A DNA stretch of 64,000 nucleotides from Octopus vulgaris (taxonomy: Eukaryota): NCBI GenBank assembly GCA_951406725.2, contig OX597824.1:14632001-14696000 (forward strand), read 5' to 3'. Made by a program: the position numbers and the translations under genes. This document shows positions 51,506 to 63,759 of the stretch, one piece after another; positions within the stretch are counted from its first letter, which is position 1, and every line of letters starts with the position of its first letter. The notes under the pieces were generated by a model. That model was not told the DNA's origin. It did not search any database and saw nothing but the letters and a program-made list of their open reading frames with translations.

Positions 51506-52489
51506 TCTGAAATAAATAGCAGATGAAGCACCATTTCGACCGATTCTAGCCACCATCAACGCAACCCCCCACTCTCAAAAGAGCTTACCTCTGAGCTTTA
51601 TGTAACTGTTTATTTTCCACTCTACCCCTTCCTTGTACGCGCCCAATCCAGTGGAAAACTTATAGAACAAGCCATCCCTTAACTCAGACATCTTCGTATA
51701 TATATAAATATATATATAAATATATAAGATAGTAATTTGTGGTAAATCATTTTACCTTTGCCCATATAATACAGTAAATGAATTGATTGCATCGCAATCA
51801 TTAACATTTATGTATTAACTTTGTTGGGTACTTCACTAGCAGTATATTGGATATATGTTATCCCATGGAGGGTTGCATTTACAACCCCTATCTCAATTTG
51901 TAACTATATAAATATATATATGTTGAATATATAAAGCATATTACTCTACCACTGGTATTTGAGTACTCTTTTTTCCACCTTGTTTCACATTTATGTGTTT
52001 ACTCCGGTATATATATATATATATAAAGAATGGGTAGGATTAAATTTAGACAAGAATACTGTCAAACAAATCCTAAGGTAATGTCTAATCAAAGGGGTTG
52101 ATGAAGGTAACTGGCATCACAAACAACAGTTGTATCTGAGAGATTCCACAACAAATAGTAAAGACAGTTTATAGTTAGACTTTAGTACACACCACAGTGA
52201 ATGAGTGAGTGAGTGAGTGAGTGAGTGAGTGTATAGGCTCTGGGAGTATTTTGATATTCTTGGAAAGCAGGCCTGTTTGGGTAAACATGTTTTAAATATA
52301 AACTAAACGGCATTGAGCTGACTGTCTTTCATCACAGTTGGAATAGTATTATTATTATTATTGATGTGTCTGACAAAAGTGAGGCGTTATGGACTGGGAA
52401 ACTTAATTCTTGAAATTACACCTACCAGACAAATTACCATTATGTTTGCTAGTATAATAATAATAACACCGATCAATGTATGGTTACGT

Positions 52490-52525
<36 letters not shown>

Positions 52526-53211
52526 AGTAAGGTAGGGAAGCAAACGAAAGGCTCTTTTTTTTTTTGTCTTTTTCTTCGTATAGTAATAATGACAAGCGGG
52601 AGAAATAATAAGATCCATATGCTAGGCGACATTTTCCTAAGCAAAAAAAAACACACATCGAGCCTGACGATGTATTTTCCAATATTTCTTTCGTTTTTTT
52701 TCGTAAGCGAATCTTTTTTTGTCAAATGCCGATGTTATTATAAAGGAAATGATGTCAGGGATTTTCAGCTTATGAGAAAATTACACCTCTCTGTGCTGTA
52801 GCGATATAAGGATAAAGGGGACGAGACGGGTTTCAAAACATCTGGACCACTCTTCTTCACAGATACTTAATTACAACACACACACACGAGACACACATAT
52901 TTCTAAGCTAGCTAGCAAGCTGGCTGTCTTATCTAATCACTCAGTCAATAGTTTTCTGTCTGCTCCGTTTCAAATAATCACTCGCTCAATAAATATCAGT
53001 CTGTCTGACTCCAAAAAACACTAACACTAAACACTAACACCACCATTTTTATCAAACTCACACAAGTGAGACTCCTCTGCACATTTCTTTTTTGTATATA
53101 AATATTCGTATCAAAGACGGGCTTTGTCGGTAATGAAATATACAGGAGTGTAAAATAGAGAAGAGAGAGAAACGGACAGTGGGAAAAAAAAAAAGGTGTT
53201 CCTTGACTCAC

Positions 53212-53274
53212 TTGTACTACAGCTTTGTGTTCGAATTCATGAGCTATAAGCAGACAGGAGGGCAGTTGCGCCAT
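53212..53274 (-). CDS. UBR2: UBR1/UBR2-like E3 ubiquitin ligase (N-recognin), coding exon 1: MAQLPSCLLIAHEFEHKAVVQ
   Basis: ATG at 53274, 21 codons, then a strong donor CAA|gtgagt in phase 0, matching the phase-0 acceptor of exon 2 (joined ...KAVVQ-DWSNSF...). Same short first-exon layout as vertebrate UBR1/2. Symbol could equally be UBR1 (invertebrates have one co-orthologue). Confidence 0.75.
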
Positions 53275-53960
53275 GAGGAGTAGAGAGTGTCTGATGGAGG
53301 AGGAGAGTAACACTTGACCTCATCCAAACCTCGTTTTCGCTCCAGCAGGAAACCACGTCACATATATAAGTTACCAGTAAAATCAGTTACGGAGAGAAAG
53401 AAAGAAAGAGAGAAACAAGGAATGAAGGCGGGGGGAGTGTTCGTTTCGTTCTTGTTTTCTTCTTACCTTCTCTTTTCTCTTTAAGTAATTAATTTAATGT
53501 TATTAAGTTGTTATTATTATTATTATTAATATTATTATTACCCCGATTCGAGCCGTGGAGGGAAAAGCATGAACACCACGATTATGGAATATAAGTTAAC
53601 AGTAAAATCAGTTACAGAGAGAATGAAAGAATGAAGGAAACAAGGAAGAAGGGGGAGTGTTCGTTTCGTTCTGTTTTCTTCTTACCTTCTCTTTCTCTTT
53701 AAGTAATTAATTTAATGTTATTATGTTATTATTATTTATTACCCAGATTCGAGGCTTGAATCAAAATCATGAACACCACGATTATGAATTATTTTTTTTT
53801 GTTTCTCAATAAAAAATATACGATTCCATGCATTTTAAATAAATATTTTCTAATAATTATTTAGCGTGTGTCACAGTTTAACTCCACTTCCTGAGGGCGC
53901 CTAGGGGTGACTGGTTCTTTTTAAGTAGAATTTCGGGAAGTTCACTCGAATGTTTCTCCA
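53275..53960 (-). promoter_or_regulatory. Putative 5' UTR and promoter of the UBR gene
   Basis: Immediately upstream of the ATG; free of recognisable transposons; locally retains CpGs; CRE-like GTGACGTGG (53353-53361, minus) and ETS-like CACTTCCT/CGGGAAGT near 53885-53941. Confidence 0.5.
53364..53789. repeat. Two-copy tandem duplication (about 225 and 200 bp) in the promoter
   Basis: atataagtta(c/a)cagtaaaatcagttac...catgaacaccacgattatg occurs at 53364-53588 and 53589-53789. Confidence 0.9.
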
Positions 53961-55574
53961 CTCTAGGGTGAAAAATAAATTGTCTGTATATAATTGAGGC
54001 GATAGATAATTTACAATGCGTTATTATTTCTCTTTACCACTGGTTTTTCCCAATCTTTCTCTGTAGTTATCAGACTCTTCTCCATGTGTCTTACCAACAA
54101 AATTGTGTTCTGTAGCCATTCAATTTTTTGAATTGTGCGTTCAATTTGAGGAAGAATGTCCAACGTAAAAATGCGGTTCTGCTCAGTAATGCTAGTTTTG
54201 CTTCTTTTTTTTTTTTAAATAAATATACCTAAACACTAATACTTGTAAATCTAAAATATTGACTTTATTTCTCTCCTTCCTTTTTCCTCTATTCCATAGG
54301 ATCCTATTATGAGGAACGAGTGATTTTAACATTTATTTTCCTCATACACCCGACTTCTCTTTCTTGGTTTTCTTCCATGCCTTCATAAATATGCGTCTTC
54401 TTTTCGAGAAATGTTCCGGTCAGAAGAGGTTTATTATAAAACAAAAAGAAATTCTCTTTCCTATGTCCTTTAATTATGATGCAATAGGCGTTTCTTTCAA
54501 TTTCCCTACCAGTTTACATAGGGAAATTCTTGAACGATGTGACCTGCTTCTATTGCTGTCTTAAACTAAACCTTGTGCACAACTGTTATCCCCTACCCCT
54601 TCACCTGTCGAACCAGCAAAAATTTAGGTGCCACTGTTTTTTCAAAAATCTCGTTTGTTTGCTAGATTGTAGACTTCATGTCTCAGAAACAACAAAAAAT
54701 AAGTTTGCAATTATTTTACAATATTTAATAACCAAAATTTAAAAGTATGTTTCTATTTTATTGTTTTACCAAATTTGCAATCTTAGCCAGATATATCCAC
54801 ATTAAATGTGTAGCTCAAAATTGTTCAACATGTCATAAATTTGGCGAGAATTTTTCTCCAGAGAATTTTAGATGAAAGATAACAAACATTTCCAAAATTC
54901 TTCATCTAGTGCTGGAAAATATTTTTGGATTGTAAATTTTATTTTTCTTGTAATTATATATTTTTTTTATTGATATTTGTTGTTGAACACTAAGTTGGGA
55001 CGACCCAATGAGACAACCTCTACATGATTGCTTGATCTGGAAGAAATAGCAGCTAAGTTCCTCTTATAACACACCCAGACTTCTTTTTTTTTTAATCACG
55101 TTTTCAAAAATTTTCTTTAGGCATGACTAAATATAGAATAATTATTAATGTGTGAAATGTATCATCATCATCATCATCGTCATCATCATCATTTAACGTC
55201 CGCTTTCCATGCTAGCATGGGTTGGACGATTTGGCTGAGGTCTGGCGAACCAGACTCCTCTCTGATCTGGCAGAGTTTCTACAGCTGGATGCCCTTCCTA
55301 ACGCCAACCACTCCGAGAGTGAAATACGTATATGAAACTAAATAAAGGTATTCTTGTGTATTTAAAAAAAAAAAAAACTTTTAAACTTTGATATTTTCTT
55401 TGTGTGTAAAGCAAAACTTAAAAGAAATGTAGTGTACCTCCATAGATATTTTCAGTTATATCTACAATACATTTAATCATGTCAAAAGATAACATTCAAT
55501 GCACTCCACTTTTGTTCATGGGTCTACTCAATCAGGATTGGCCAAGGGCTAAACAACAATTGTAACCGCTCGAA

Positions 55575-55873
55575 AAAGCTGTTCTTCACTCCTGCTCCAG
55601 AGTGTCGGTGTGGGGTCACTCCAAAAAGCTCTATCTGCGACGATTTCATCTCAATCGAAGGAGAGGGACCTTCTCTGTCCGGGTTGCAGATCCGTGGAAT
55701 AAGCTGCCGGACGAGAAAGCGAAGATGCTGACGACCACTCGGTTCAAAGTCTCTCTTGACCAGAAATGGCCTGAACTCTTTGCATGAACACCCTCCCTGT
55801 ACATAACTCCATGTCCCCCTACATGGCCTTGCTTTTTGCTTTTTGAGCCAAAAAATTAACTTAACTTAACTAA
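55575..55873 (+). mobile_element. CR1-like LINE 3' end
   Basis: GHSKKLYLRRFHLNRRRGTFSVRVADPWNKLPD...KWPELFA*; aactt tail. Confidence 0.85.
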
Positions 55874-56577
55874 CCCACATCAGTTTACTTTTCATAGGGT
55901 GCTATGTTATGTATTTCACCTACAGTAAACCTGGAATCTCTGTACCTTATTTGTTCTAACAGGTCCTCTACTGCACACTGTGTTTCTGCCAATAGCATCA
56001 ATGTTGTTGGGTGGTCATTGCCCTCTATTAGGGTGCAGAAGTTTCCAAAATATAACAACTGGCAAGACCTGGTATTCAGCATGGTGGCAGTGACCACCAA
56101 AGCCTATTTTGCATTAGCAACAATAGAAAGAGATGGGTAGGATGTGTCTGTAAATTTTCCTTTTGGTCTTGTGCTTATGCTATGAGATGCTTTTGGGCCT
56201 CATGAGTATTAACGCTTATTTTCATTGGTGATATCCATAACATACCAAACTCAATGTTTGGTTGTCAGATGGGGTTCTCAGCTGTCACTAGGGAGACTCT
56301 GGAAACTATTAAACAATAGCTCCATACCTCTAGTGGTTTCAAATTTTGATATAAGACCAGCAATTTTCTGAGGAGGTGGGTTACTTGATTACATCAACCT
56401 TTGAACTCAACAGGTACATATTTCTTTGATCCTGAAAGAATGCGAGGCAAAGTCAACCTCAGAAGAATTCCAACTGAGAACAACTGGAAGAAATGGTACT
56501 AAGCATTTTGCCTGATGTGCCAACGATTCTACCAGCTTACCACCTTCACTTTGCTTTTAATGAAAACTTTATTCAAG

Positions 56578-56704
56578 ATTCTGTTGTGTCTGGGGAGAGT
56601 CATTTTCTTTTTTGTACCTTATAATGTAAGTGGAAATTTTACCAGTGAGTGTGTTACATTATAAGGCACAACAATAAAATGACTCTCCCCAGACACAACA
56701 GAAT
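56578..56704. repeat. Inverted repeat, about 51-bp arms, member of a dispersed family (second copy about 13270-13500)
   Basis: attctgttgtgtctggggagagtcatttt... pairs with ...aaaatgactctccccagacacaacagaat; three mismatches. Confidence 0.9.
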
Positions 56705-56860
56705 ATGCTTCAACACACGAACTCATATAAAGAATCTTACAAACCAAATCCAAAAACGAAATATTTATTAAAGATATAATTTTATTAAAAACTTTATTCA
56801 AGATATAATATAATTTTCATTTTCTAGTTATAGACCTTTGGCATAATGTTGTGCTTGAGA

Positions 56861-58831
56861 GAAGGTGGCAAGCTGGCAGAATCGTTAGCATGCCGGGCAA
56901 AATGCTTAGCTGTCTGTCGCTCTGTTCTGAGTTTGAATTCCACCGAGGTCGACTTTGCCTTTCATCTATTCAGGGTCAATAAATCAAGTACCAGTTGAGA
57001 ACTGGGGTCAATGTAATTGACTAGTTCCGTTCCTTCAAATTTTTGCCTTTCATCTATTCAGGGTCAATAAATCAAGTACCAGTTGAGAACTGGGGTCAAT
57101 GTAATTGACTAGTTCCCTTCCTTCAAATTTTTGCCTTTCATCTATTCAGGGTCAATAAATCAAGTACCAGTTGAGAACTGGGGTCAATGTAATTGACTAG
57201 TTCCGTTCCTTCAAATTTTTGCCTTTCATCTATTCAGGGTCAATAAATCAAGTACCAGTTGAGAACTGGGGTCAATGTAATTGACTAGTTCCGTTCCTTC
57301 AAATTTTTGCCTTTCATCTATTCAGGGTCAATAAATCAAGTACCAGTTGAGAACTGGGGTCAATGTAATTGACTAGTTCCCTTCCTTCAAATTTTTGCCT
57401 TTCATCTATTCAGGGTCAATAAATCAAGTACCAGTTGAGAACTGGGGTCAATGTAATTGACTAGTTCCCTTCCTTCAAATTTTTGCCTTTCATCTATTCA
57501 GGGTCAATAAATCAAGTACCAGTTGAGAACTGGGGTCAATGTAATTGACTAGTTCCGTTCCTTCAAATTTTTGCCTTTCATCTATTCAGGGTCAATAAAT
57601 CAAGTACCAGTTGAGAACTGGGGTCAATGTAATTGACTAGTTCCGTTCCTTCAAATTTTTGCCTTTCATCTATTCAGGGTCAATAAATCAAGTACCAGTT
57701 GAGAACTGGGGTCAATGTAATTGACTAGTTCCCTTCCTTCAAATTTTTGCCTTTCATCTATTCAGGGTCAATAAATCAAGTACCAGTTGAGAACTGGGGT
57801 CAATGTAATTGACTAGTTCCCTTCCTTCAAATTTTTGCCTTTCATCTATTCAGGGTCAATAAATCAAGTACCAGTTGAGAACTGGGGTCAATGTAATTGA
57901 CTAGTTCCGTTCCTTCAAATTTTTGCCTTTCATCTATTCAGGGTCAATAAATCAAGTACCAGTTGAGAACTGGGGTCAATGTAATTGACTAGTTCCGTTC
58001 CTTCAAATTTTTGCCTTTCATCTATTCAGGGTCAATAAATCAAGTACCAGTTGAGAACTGGGGTCAATGTAATTGACTAGTTCCCTTCCTTCAAATTTTT
58101 GCCTTTCATCTATTCAGGGTCAATAAATCAAGTACCAGTTGAGAACTGGGGTCAATGTAATTGACTAGTTCCGTTCCTTCAAATTTTTGCCTTTCATCTA
58201 TTCAGGGTCAATAAATCAAGTACCAGTTGAGAACTGGGGTCAATGTAATTGACTAGTTCCGTTCCTTCAAATTTTTGCCTTTCATCTATTCAGGGTCAAT
58301 AAATCAAGTACCAGTTGAGAACTGGGGTCAATGTAATTGACTAGTTCCCTTCCTTCAAATTTTTGCCTTTCATCTATTCAGGGTCAATAAATCAAGTACC
58401 AGTTGAGAACTGGGGTCAATGTAATTGACTAGTTCCCTTCCTTCAAATTTTTGCCTTTCATCTATTCAGGGTCAATAAATCAAGTACCAGTTGAGAACTG
58501 GGGTCAATGTAATTGACTAGTTCCCTTCCTTCAAATTTTTGCCTTTCATCTATTCAGGGTCAATAAATCAAGTACCAGTTGAGAACTGGGGTCAATGTAA
58601 TTGACTAGTTCCGTTCCTTCAAATTTTTGCCTTTCATCTATTCAGGGTCAATAAATCAAGTACCAGTTGAGAACTGGGGTCAATGTAATTGACTAGTTCC
58701 GTTCCTTCAAATTTTTGCCTTTCATCTATTCAGGGTCAATAAATCAAGTACCAGTTGAGAACTGGGGTCAATGTAATTGACTAGTTCCCTTCCTTCAAAT
58801 TTGAGGCCTTGTGCTCCCAGTAGAAAAGATG
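56861..58831 (+). mobile_element. Family C SINE (variant tail) expanded by an internal tandem array
   Basis: tRNA head at 56861, tail ggccttgtgc...tagaaaag at 58805-58830, 15-bp TSD atgttgtgcttgaga (56846-60, 58832-46). Confidence 0.93.
56954..58802 (+). repeat. Minisatellite, 21 copies of an 88-bp unit
   Basis: gcctttcatc recurs at 56957, 57045, 57133 ... 58717; units identical except one G/C site. Confidence 0.98.
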
Positions 58832-59290
58832 ATGTTGTGCTTGAGAAGACCGATTAAGCCTTGTAAAATTGCAGTCATGGCAGATATTGGTGTCACATAA
58901 ATGGCACCCATGTTGGTGGCACATAAAAGCACCCACTACACTCTCAGAGTGGTTGGTGTTAGAAAGGGCATCCAGCTGTAGAAACCATGCTGAATCGGAC
59001 TGGAGTCTAGTGCAGCCTCTCAACTTGCCAGCTCTGGTCAAACCGTCCAACCCATGCCAGTATTGACAATGGACGTTAAATGATGATGATGCTGTGTTCT
59101 GACATTTCTGATTGTTTTTGTTTCATCATCATCGTCGTCATCATCATTTAACGTCCACTCTCCATGCTGGCAGTGGTTAGATGGTTTGACTGGAGCTGAT
59201 AAGCCAGAGAACTGCACCAGGTTCCAGTCTGATTTGGCATGGTTTCTACAGCGCTGGATGCCCTTCCTAATGCCAACCATACCAGGAGTG
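58832..59290. mobile_element. Two family B copies tail-to-tail (58832-59092 plus; 59125-59290 minus)
   Basis: Both carry the V-like block and gat/cat tails facing each other. Confidence 0.85.
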
Positions 59291-60009
59291 ACCCAATCTT
59301 AATCTCCAATTAAATATTTTGATGTGCTATGAATTGAATAGAGCTGGCAGAAATGTTAGCGTGCCGGGTGAAATGCTTAGCAGTATTTCATCTATCGCTA
59401 CATTCTGAGTTCAAATTCCGCCGAGGTCGACTTTGCCTTTCATCCTCTCGGGGTCGATAAATAAAGTACCAGTTTTGCACTGGGTCGATGTAATCGACTT
59501 AATCCGTTTGTCTGTCCTTGTTTGTCCCCTCTATGTTTAGCCCCTTGTGGGTAGTAAAGAAATATATGAATTGAATAATATTTAGTTAACATTTTTCCTA
59601 ATTTTGCTAGACCTGCCTACCACAACTGTAGAGTAGTGCCAGCCATCATTTGCAAATGTAACATGCTTTTCGACAGTTGCACTAGGAGCCTATGTGGTTG
59701 CCAGGAGATAAAAATATCCTCTTGGTCCCTTGATTCAGTGGAACTTCCAGGATAAGGCAGCTGGACGGTGAGAAGGCTGCATCACCAGCACATGGTTGAT
59801 GCTCATTACAGCTGAGTAGATAGGAGCAATGTGAAGTGGAGTGTCTTGTTCAACAATACGACACCCTGCCTGGTCCTGGAATTGAATCTATGATCTCATG
59901 ATTATGAGCAGAACAGACTAAGTGCTAGGCCACACATCTTCATGTCACAACTCTATATGGTGTATATTATATAGCCTGGTGTGATGTATATACAATTTAA
60001 TGGAAACAG

Positions 60010-60610
60010 ACCCATGCCAGTGCCACATGAAAAGTATCCAGTACACTCTGTAAAGTGGTCGGCATTAGGAAGGGCATCCAGCCATAGAAACCATGCAAAA
60101 ACAGGCAACTGGGGCCTGATGCAGCCCTCCATCTTGCCAACTCCTACAAAAACCATCCAACCCATGCCAGTATGGAAAATGGGTGTTAAATGATGATAAT
60201 TATGAGACATTCTGCTAAAAAACATAAAATAGTGCTAAAATATTTCTCATTGAAACTCACAATAAGAGACAGTGCATGTAAGAGTGTGGAGGTGAACAGA
60301 AAATGTCTGGCCTGGTATCTGTAGATGAAAAATTTGCCCACCAGTCATCATCATCATCATCATCATCATCGTTTAACATCCGTTTTCCATGCTGGAATGG
60401 GTTGGACAGTTCGACCGGGGTCTGGGAAGCCAGGAGGCTGCACCAGGCTCCAGTCTGATCTGGCAGTGTTTCTACAGCTGGATGCCCTTCCTAATGCCAA
60501 CCACTCCGTGAGTGTAGTGGGTGCTTTTTACATGCCACCGGCACAGGGGCCAGAGGAGGCTGGCAAACGGCCACGATCGGTTGGTGCATTCACGTGTTAC
60601 CGTCACGGAC
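60010..60610. mobile_element. Two family B copies tail-to-tail (60010-60197 plus; 60346-60610 minus)
   Basis: As above. Further copies at 55162-55320 (minus) and 63060-63270 (plus). Confidence 0.85.
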
Positions 60611-60961
60611 ATCAGTGAGTACTGGAAAACTACAAGAGTTGTCTGATAAAAGTTTACATGTGATCAGAGATAATCCATGTGCATGTGGACAAGGTCAAAA
60701 GAAGCTTACCTACCCCAGTGAATAAGCCTCACTCATTGGGGTCTTATAAAGTGTGTCATATGTTTTTGTTGAGGTTCTGTGGATGGTGAAAAGCAACAGT
60801 ACCACTCAAATAGATGTTTCTCTTCTTGGCATTATGACTTACTGGGCAACACCTTACAGACAATCCCTACCAAGTCTGGAATGACAGCAGTATATCTGTC
60901 TAGTTCATGTGATGAAGGAATACAAGCAAAAAGATGACATTAGCAATATATTCTTTCTCAA

Positions 60962-61393
60962 AGGCAGCAAGCTGACAGAAACGTTAGCACTCTGTGCGAA
61001 ATACTTAGCGGTATTTCGCCTATCTCTACGTTCTGAGTTCAAATTCCGCCGAGGTCAACTTTGCCTTTCACCCTTTCAGGGTCAATAAATTAAGTACCAG
61101 TTACGCACTGGGGTCGATCTAATCGACTTAATCCCTTTGTCTGTCTTTGTTTGTCCCCTCCATGTTTAGCTCCTTGTGGGCAATAAAGAAATAAGAAACA
61201 TTAGCACACCAGGTGAAAAGCTTAACAGTATTTCATCTGTCTTTATGTTCTGAGTTCAAATTCCACCAAGGTCAGCTTTGCCTTTCATCTTTTCGGGGTT
61301 GATAAATTAAGTACCAGTTGCATACTGGGGTCGATCTAATTGACTGGCCCCTTCCCCCAAAATTTCGGGCCTTGTGCCTAGAGTAAAAAAGAA
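60962..61393 (+). mobile_element. Family C SINE dimer with two different tails
   Basis: Monomer ending aaagaaata then second unit ending ggccttgtgcctagagtaaaaaag; atat(a/g)ttctttctca duplication. Confidence 0.88.
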
Positions 61394-61930
61394 TATGTTC
61401 TTTCTCACTTTGGGTCAAACTGGAACTTTTAAAGCAGGTTCTGAACATCGTTACTTCACTCAGGAGTTATTTGTTGTGGCATGCAATATAGGAATTTGAT
61501 CAGTTGCTTTTACATGAGCCTATGTCTAAGAAGGCTCAGAGTTGAGAGTAATTTACAGCAGTTAACAAAGAAGCCCCTTCCAAGTACCTTGAAAATTTTC
61601 AAGTTATGTTTAAATCTGTACTATGGCTGTTTGTAACATCATTCACAAACTTTCTTTGCAAAAGAACATCCTTCATATCCCACTAACTGGTTTTCTCTTC
61701 AAAGCCAGAAGATACTTTAGCTCCAAACAATTATGTACACTCTACAAGACTCCAATGAAGCATTGCTTTTGTCCGGAGCTTGTTTATGGTGTGCGTTTGC
61801 TGAAAACTATCATTGCATGATTGGTCCTTAGGAAGAATGATGCCGTATCCTTAAGTTGAATGTAAGATCAGGCTGGCAGCATGTAACGAAATAAGAAAAC
61901 TCACAGACATTCAACTATATTTTATTGATA

Positions 61931-62345
61931 GGCGGCGAGCTGGCAGAAACGTTAGCATGCCAGGCGAAATGCGTGGCCGTATTTCGTCTGCCGTTTAGTT
62001 CTGAGTTCAAATTCCGCCCAGGTCGACTTTGCCTTTCATCCTTTCAGGGTCGATAAATTAAGTACCAGTTACGCACTGAGGTCGATGTAATTGACTTAAT
62101 CCGTTTGTCTGTCCTTGTTTGTCCTCTCTATGTTTAGCCCCTTGTGGGTAGTAAAGAAATAGGTATTTTGTCTGCCGCTACGTTCTGAGTTCAAATTCTG
62201 CCGAGGTCGACTTTGCCTTCCATCCTTTCGGGGTCGATAAATTAAGTACCAGTTACGCACTGGGGTCGATATAATCGACTTAATCCGTTTGTCTGTCCTT
62301 GTTTGTCCCCTCTGTGTTTAGCCCCTTGTGGGTAGTAAAGAAATA
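61931..62345 (+). mobile_element. Family C SINE, head-to-tail dimer
   Basis: Period about 185; TSD tatattttattgata. Confidence 0.92.
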
Positions 62346-62544
62346 TATATTTTATTGATAGAAAACTGTGCATATAAATACACAGACTTACTGGTTATCA
62401 GAATAGTAAGTAGGAATAGATTTATTGCATTGGCTGAGACATTAGCTATTTGGATGAGATAAATGCCGATACAAATACCGCAATACATTGTTAAAGCTTG
62501 GAGAAGAGAACTGCACTGTGTCTTGTTGTGGTTTGTTGTGATCT

Positions 62545-62928
62545 GTTATCAAAGAAGCTTGAGAGGCGGTTGGATGGAGCTTACACTCGCTTTCTTATGA
62601 GAGCTCAAAATCTCTCGTGGAAGCGTCATCCAACCAAAGTACAAATATATGGGCAACTACCACCTGTATCATCTCTTGTGAAAGGTAGAAGAGTCCAGTT
62701 TGCTGGACATTGTCGTAGAGCTGAAAACGAGGTAATTTCTACTCTTCTCCTCTGGAAGCCATTTGCTCGCGATACCAGAGGGCGCACACTCTCCTACACT
62801 GATGTAATCTCCAGGGATACAGGCATCCAGCAACAGGACCTCCGTAATGCTATGATGGACCGTGAAGTCTGGCGTAACATAGTAAATTCTATTGTCTCGA
62901 CCATGGTCCAACAATGATGATGATGATG
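62545..62928 (+). mobile_element. RTE-clade LINE 3' end
   Basis: LSKKLERRLDGAYTRFLMRAQNLSWKRHPT...RRVQFAGHC...AMMDREVWR, stop then (gat)n tail. Confidence 0.9.
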
Positions 62929-63759
62929 TGATCTGTTCTTCTTGAAGGCTAATTGTTGTCTGCCTTGTTTGAGTGCCCAATGTGGTCTGTTGTGTTTCAG
63001 GTGCCAAACGGTTTAACTAAGGTAAAAGGGTGCAAAATAGAATATTTAGTACCCGCTGACTGGCCCCTATGCTGATGGCATGTAAAAAACACCCACTACA
63101 CTCTTGGAGTGGTTGGCATTAGGAAGGGCATCCAACTGTAGAAACTGCCAGATCAGAATGGAGCCTGGCGCAGTCATCTGGTTCGCCAGCCCTCAGTCAA
63201 ACCGTCCAACTCATGCTAGCATGGAAAGCGGACGTTAAACGATGATAATGATGATGATGATGATGATGATTGTCATAGAGTGCTGTGATACTTAAGAGAG
63301 TAGTGGTTAGTAGTGAGTGGCATTGTGAGGTTTTAAACATACATAATACATACAATTGGCAAAATGCCAACAATGATGTCACATACCTTAAATGTGCCAA
63401 GATAGGGTGATGAGGTCATAGAAACAGAGGGAAACAATATTAGATATTTGATACCTGAAACGAAAAACTAGATAGGTTGGTCATGGCTGGAATATTCTAC
63501 GTCGTAGGTTTGCTCAGTCAGAGTCAACCTTCACCTCACTGTCTTTCTGTCATCCTCCTTTATCCTCTTTGAAATGAACACCGTAAAAGAAGCCCCTACG
63601 AGTAGATGTTTATCTAACGTGAGGGAGACATTAATGATGTGTAACATTAATACAGATCCTGTCCCTTGTGAAATTAAGTTATTTCTAATAAGAATTAGGC
63701 TGAAATGCTAGATGTGTGTGTGTGTGTGTGTGTGTGTGCATATATACATAAGGTACATG

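Noticed and set aside
56954-58802. CRISPR array
   Set aside because: Units are identical end to end with no unique spacers, derive from a SINE body, and no cas genes are present.
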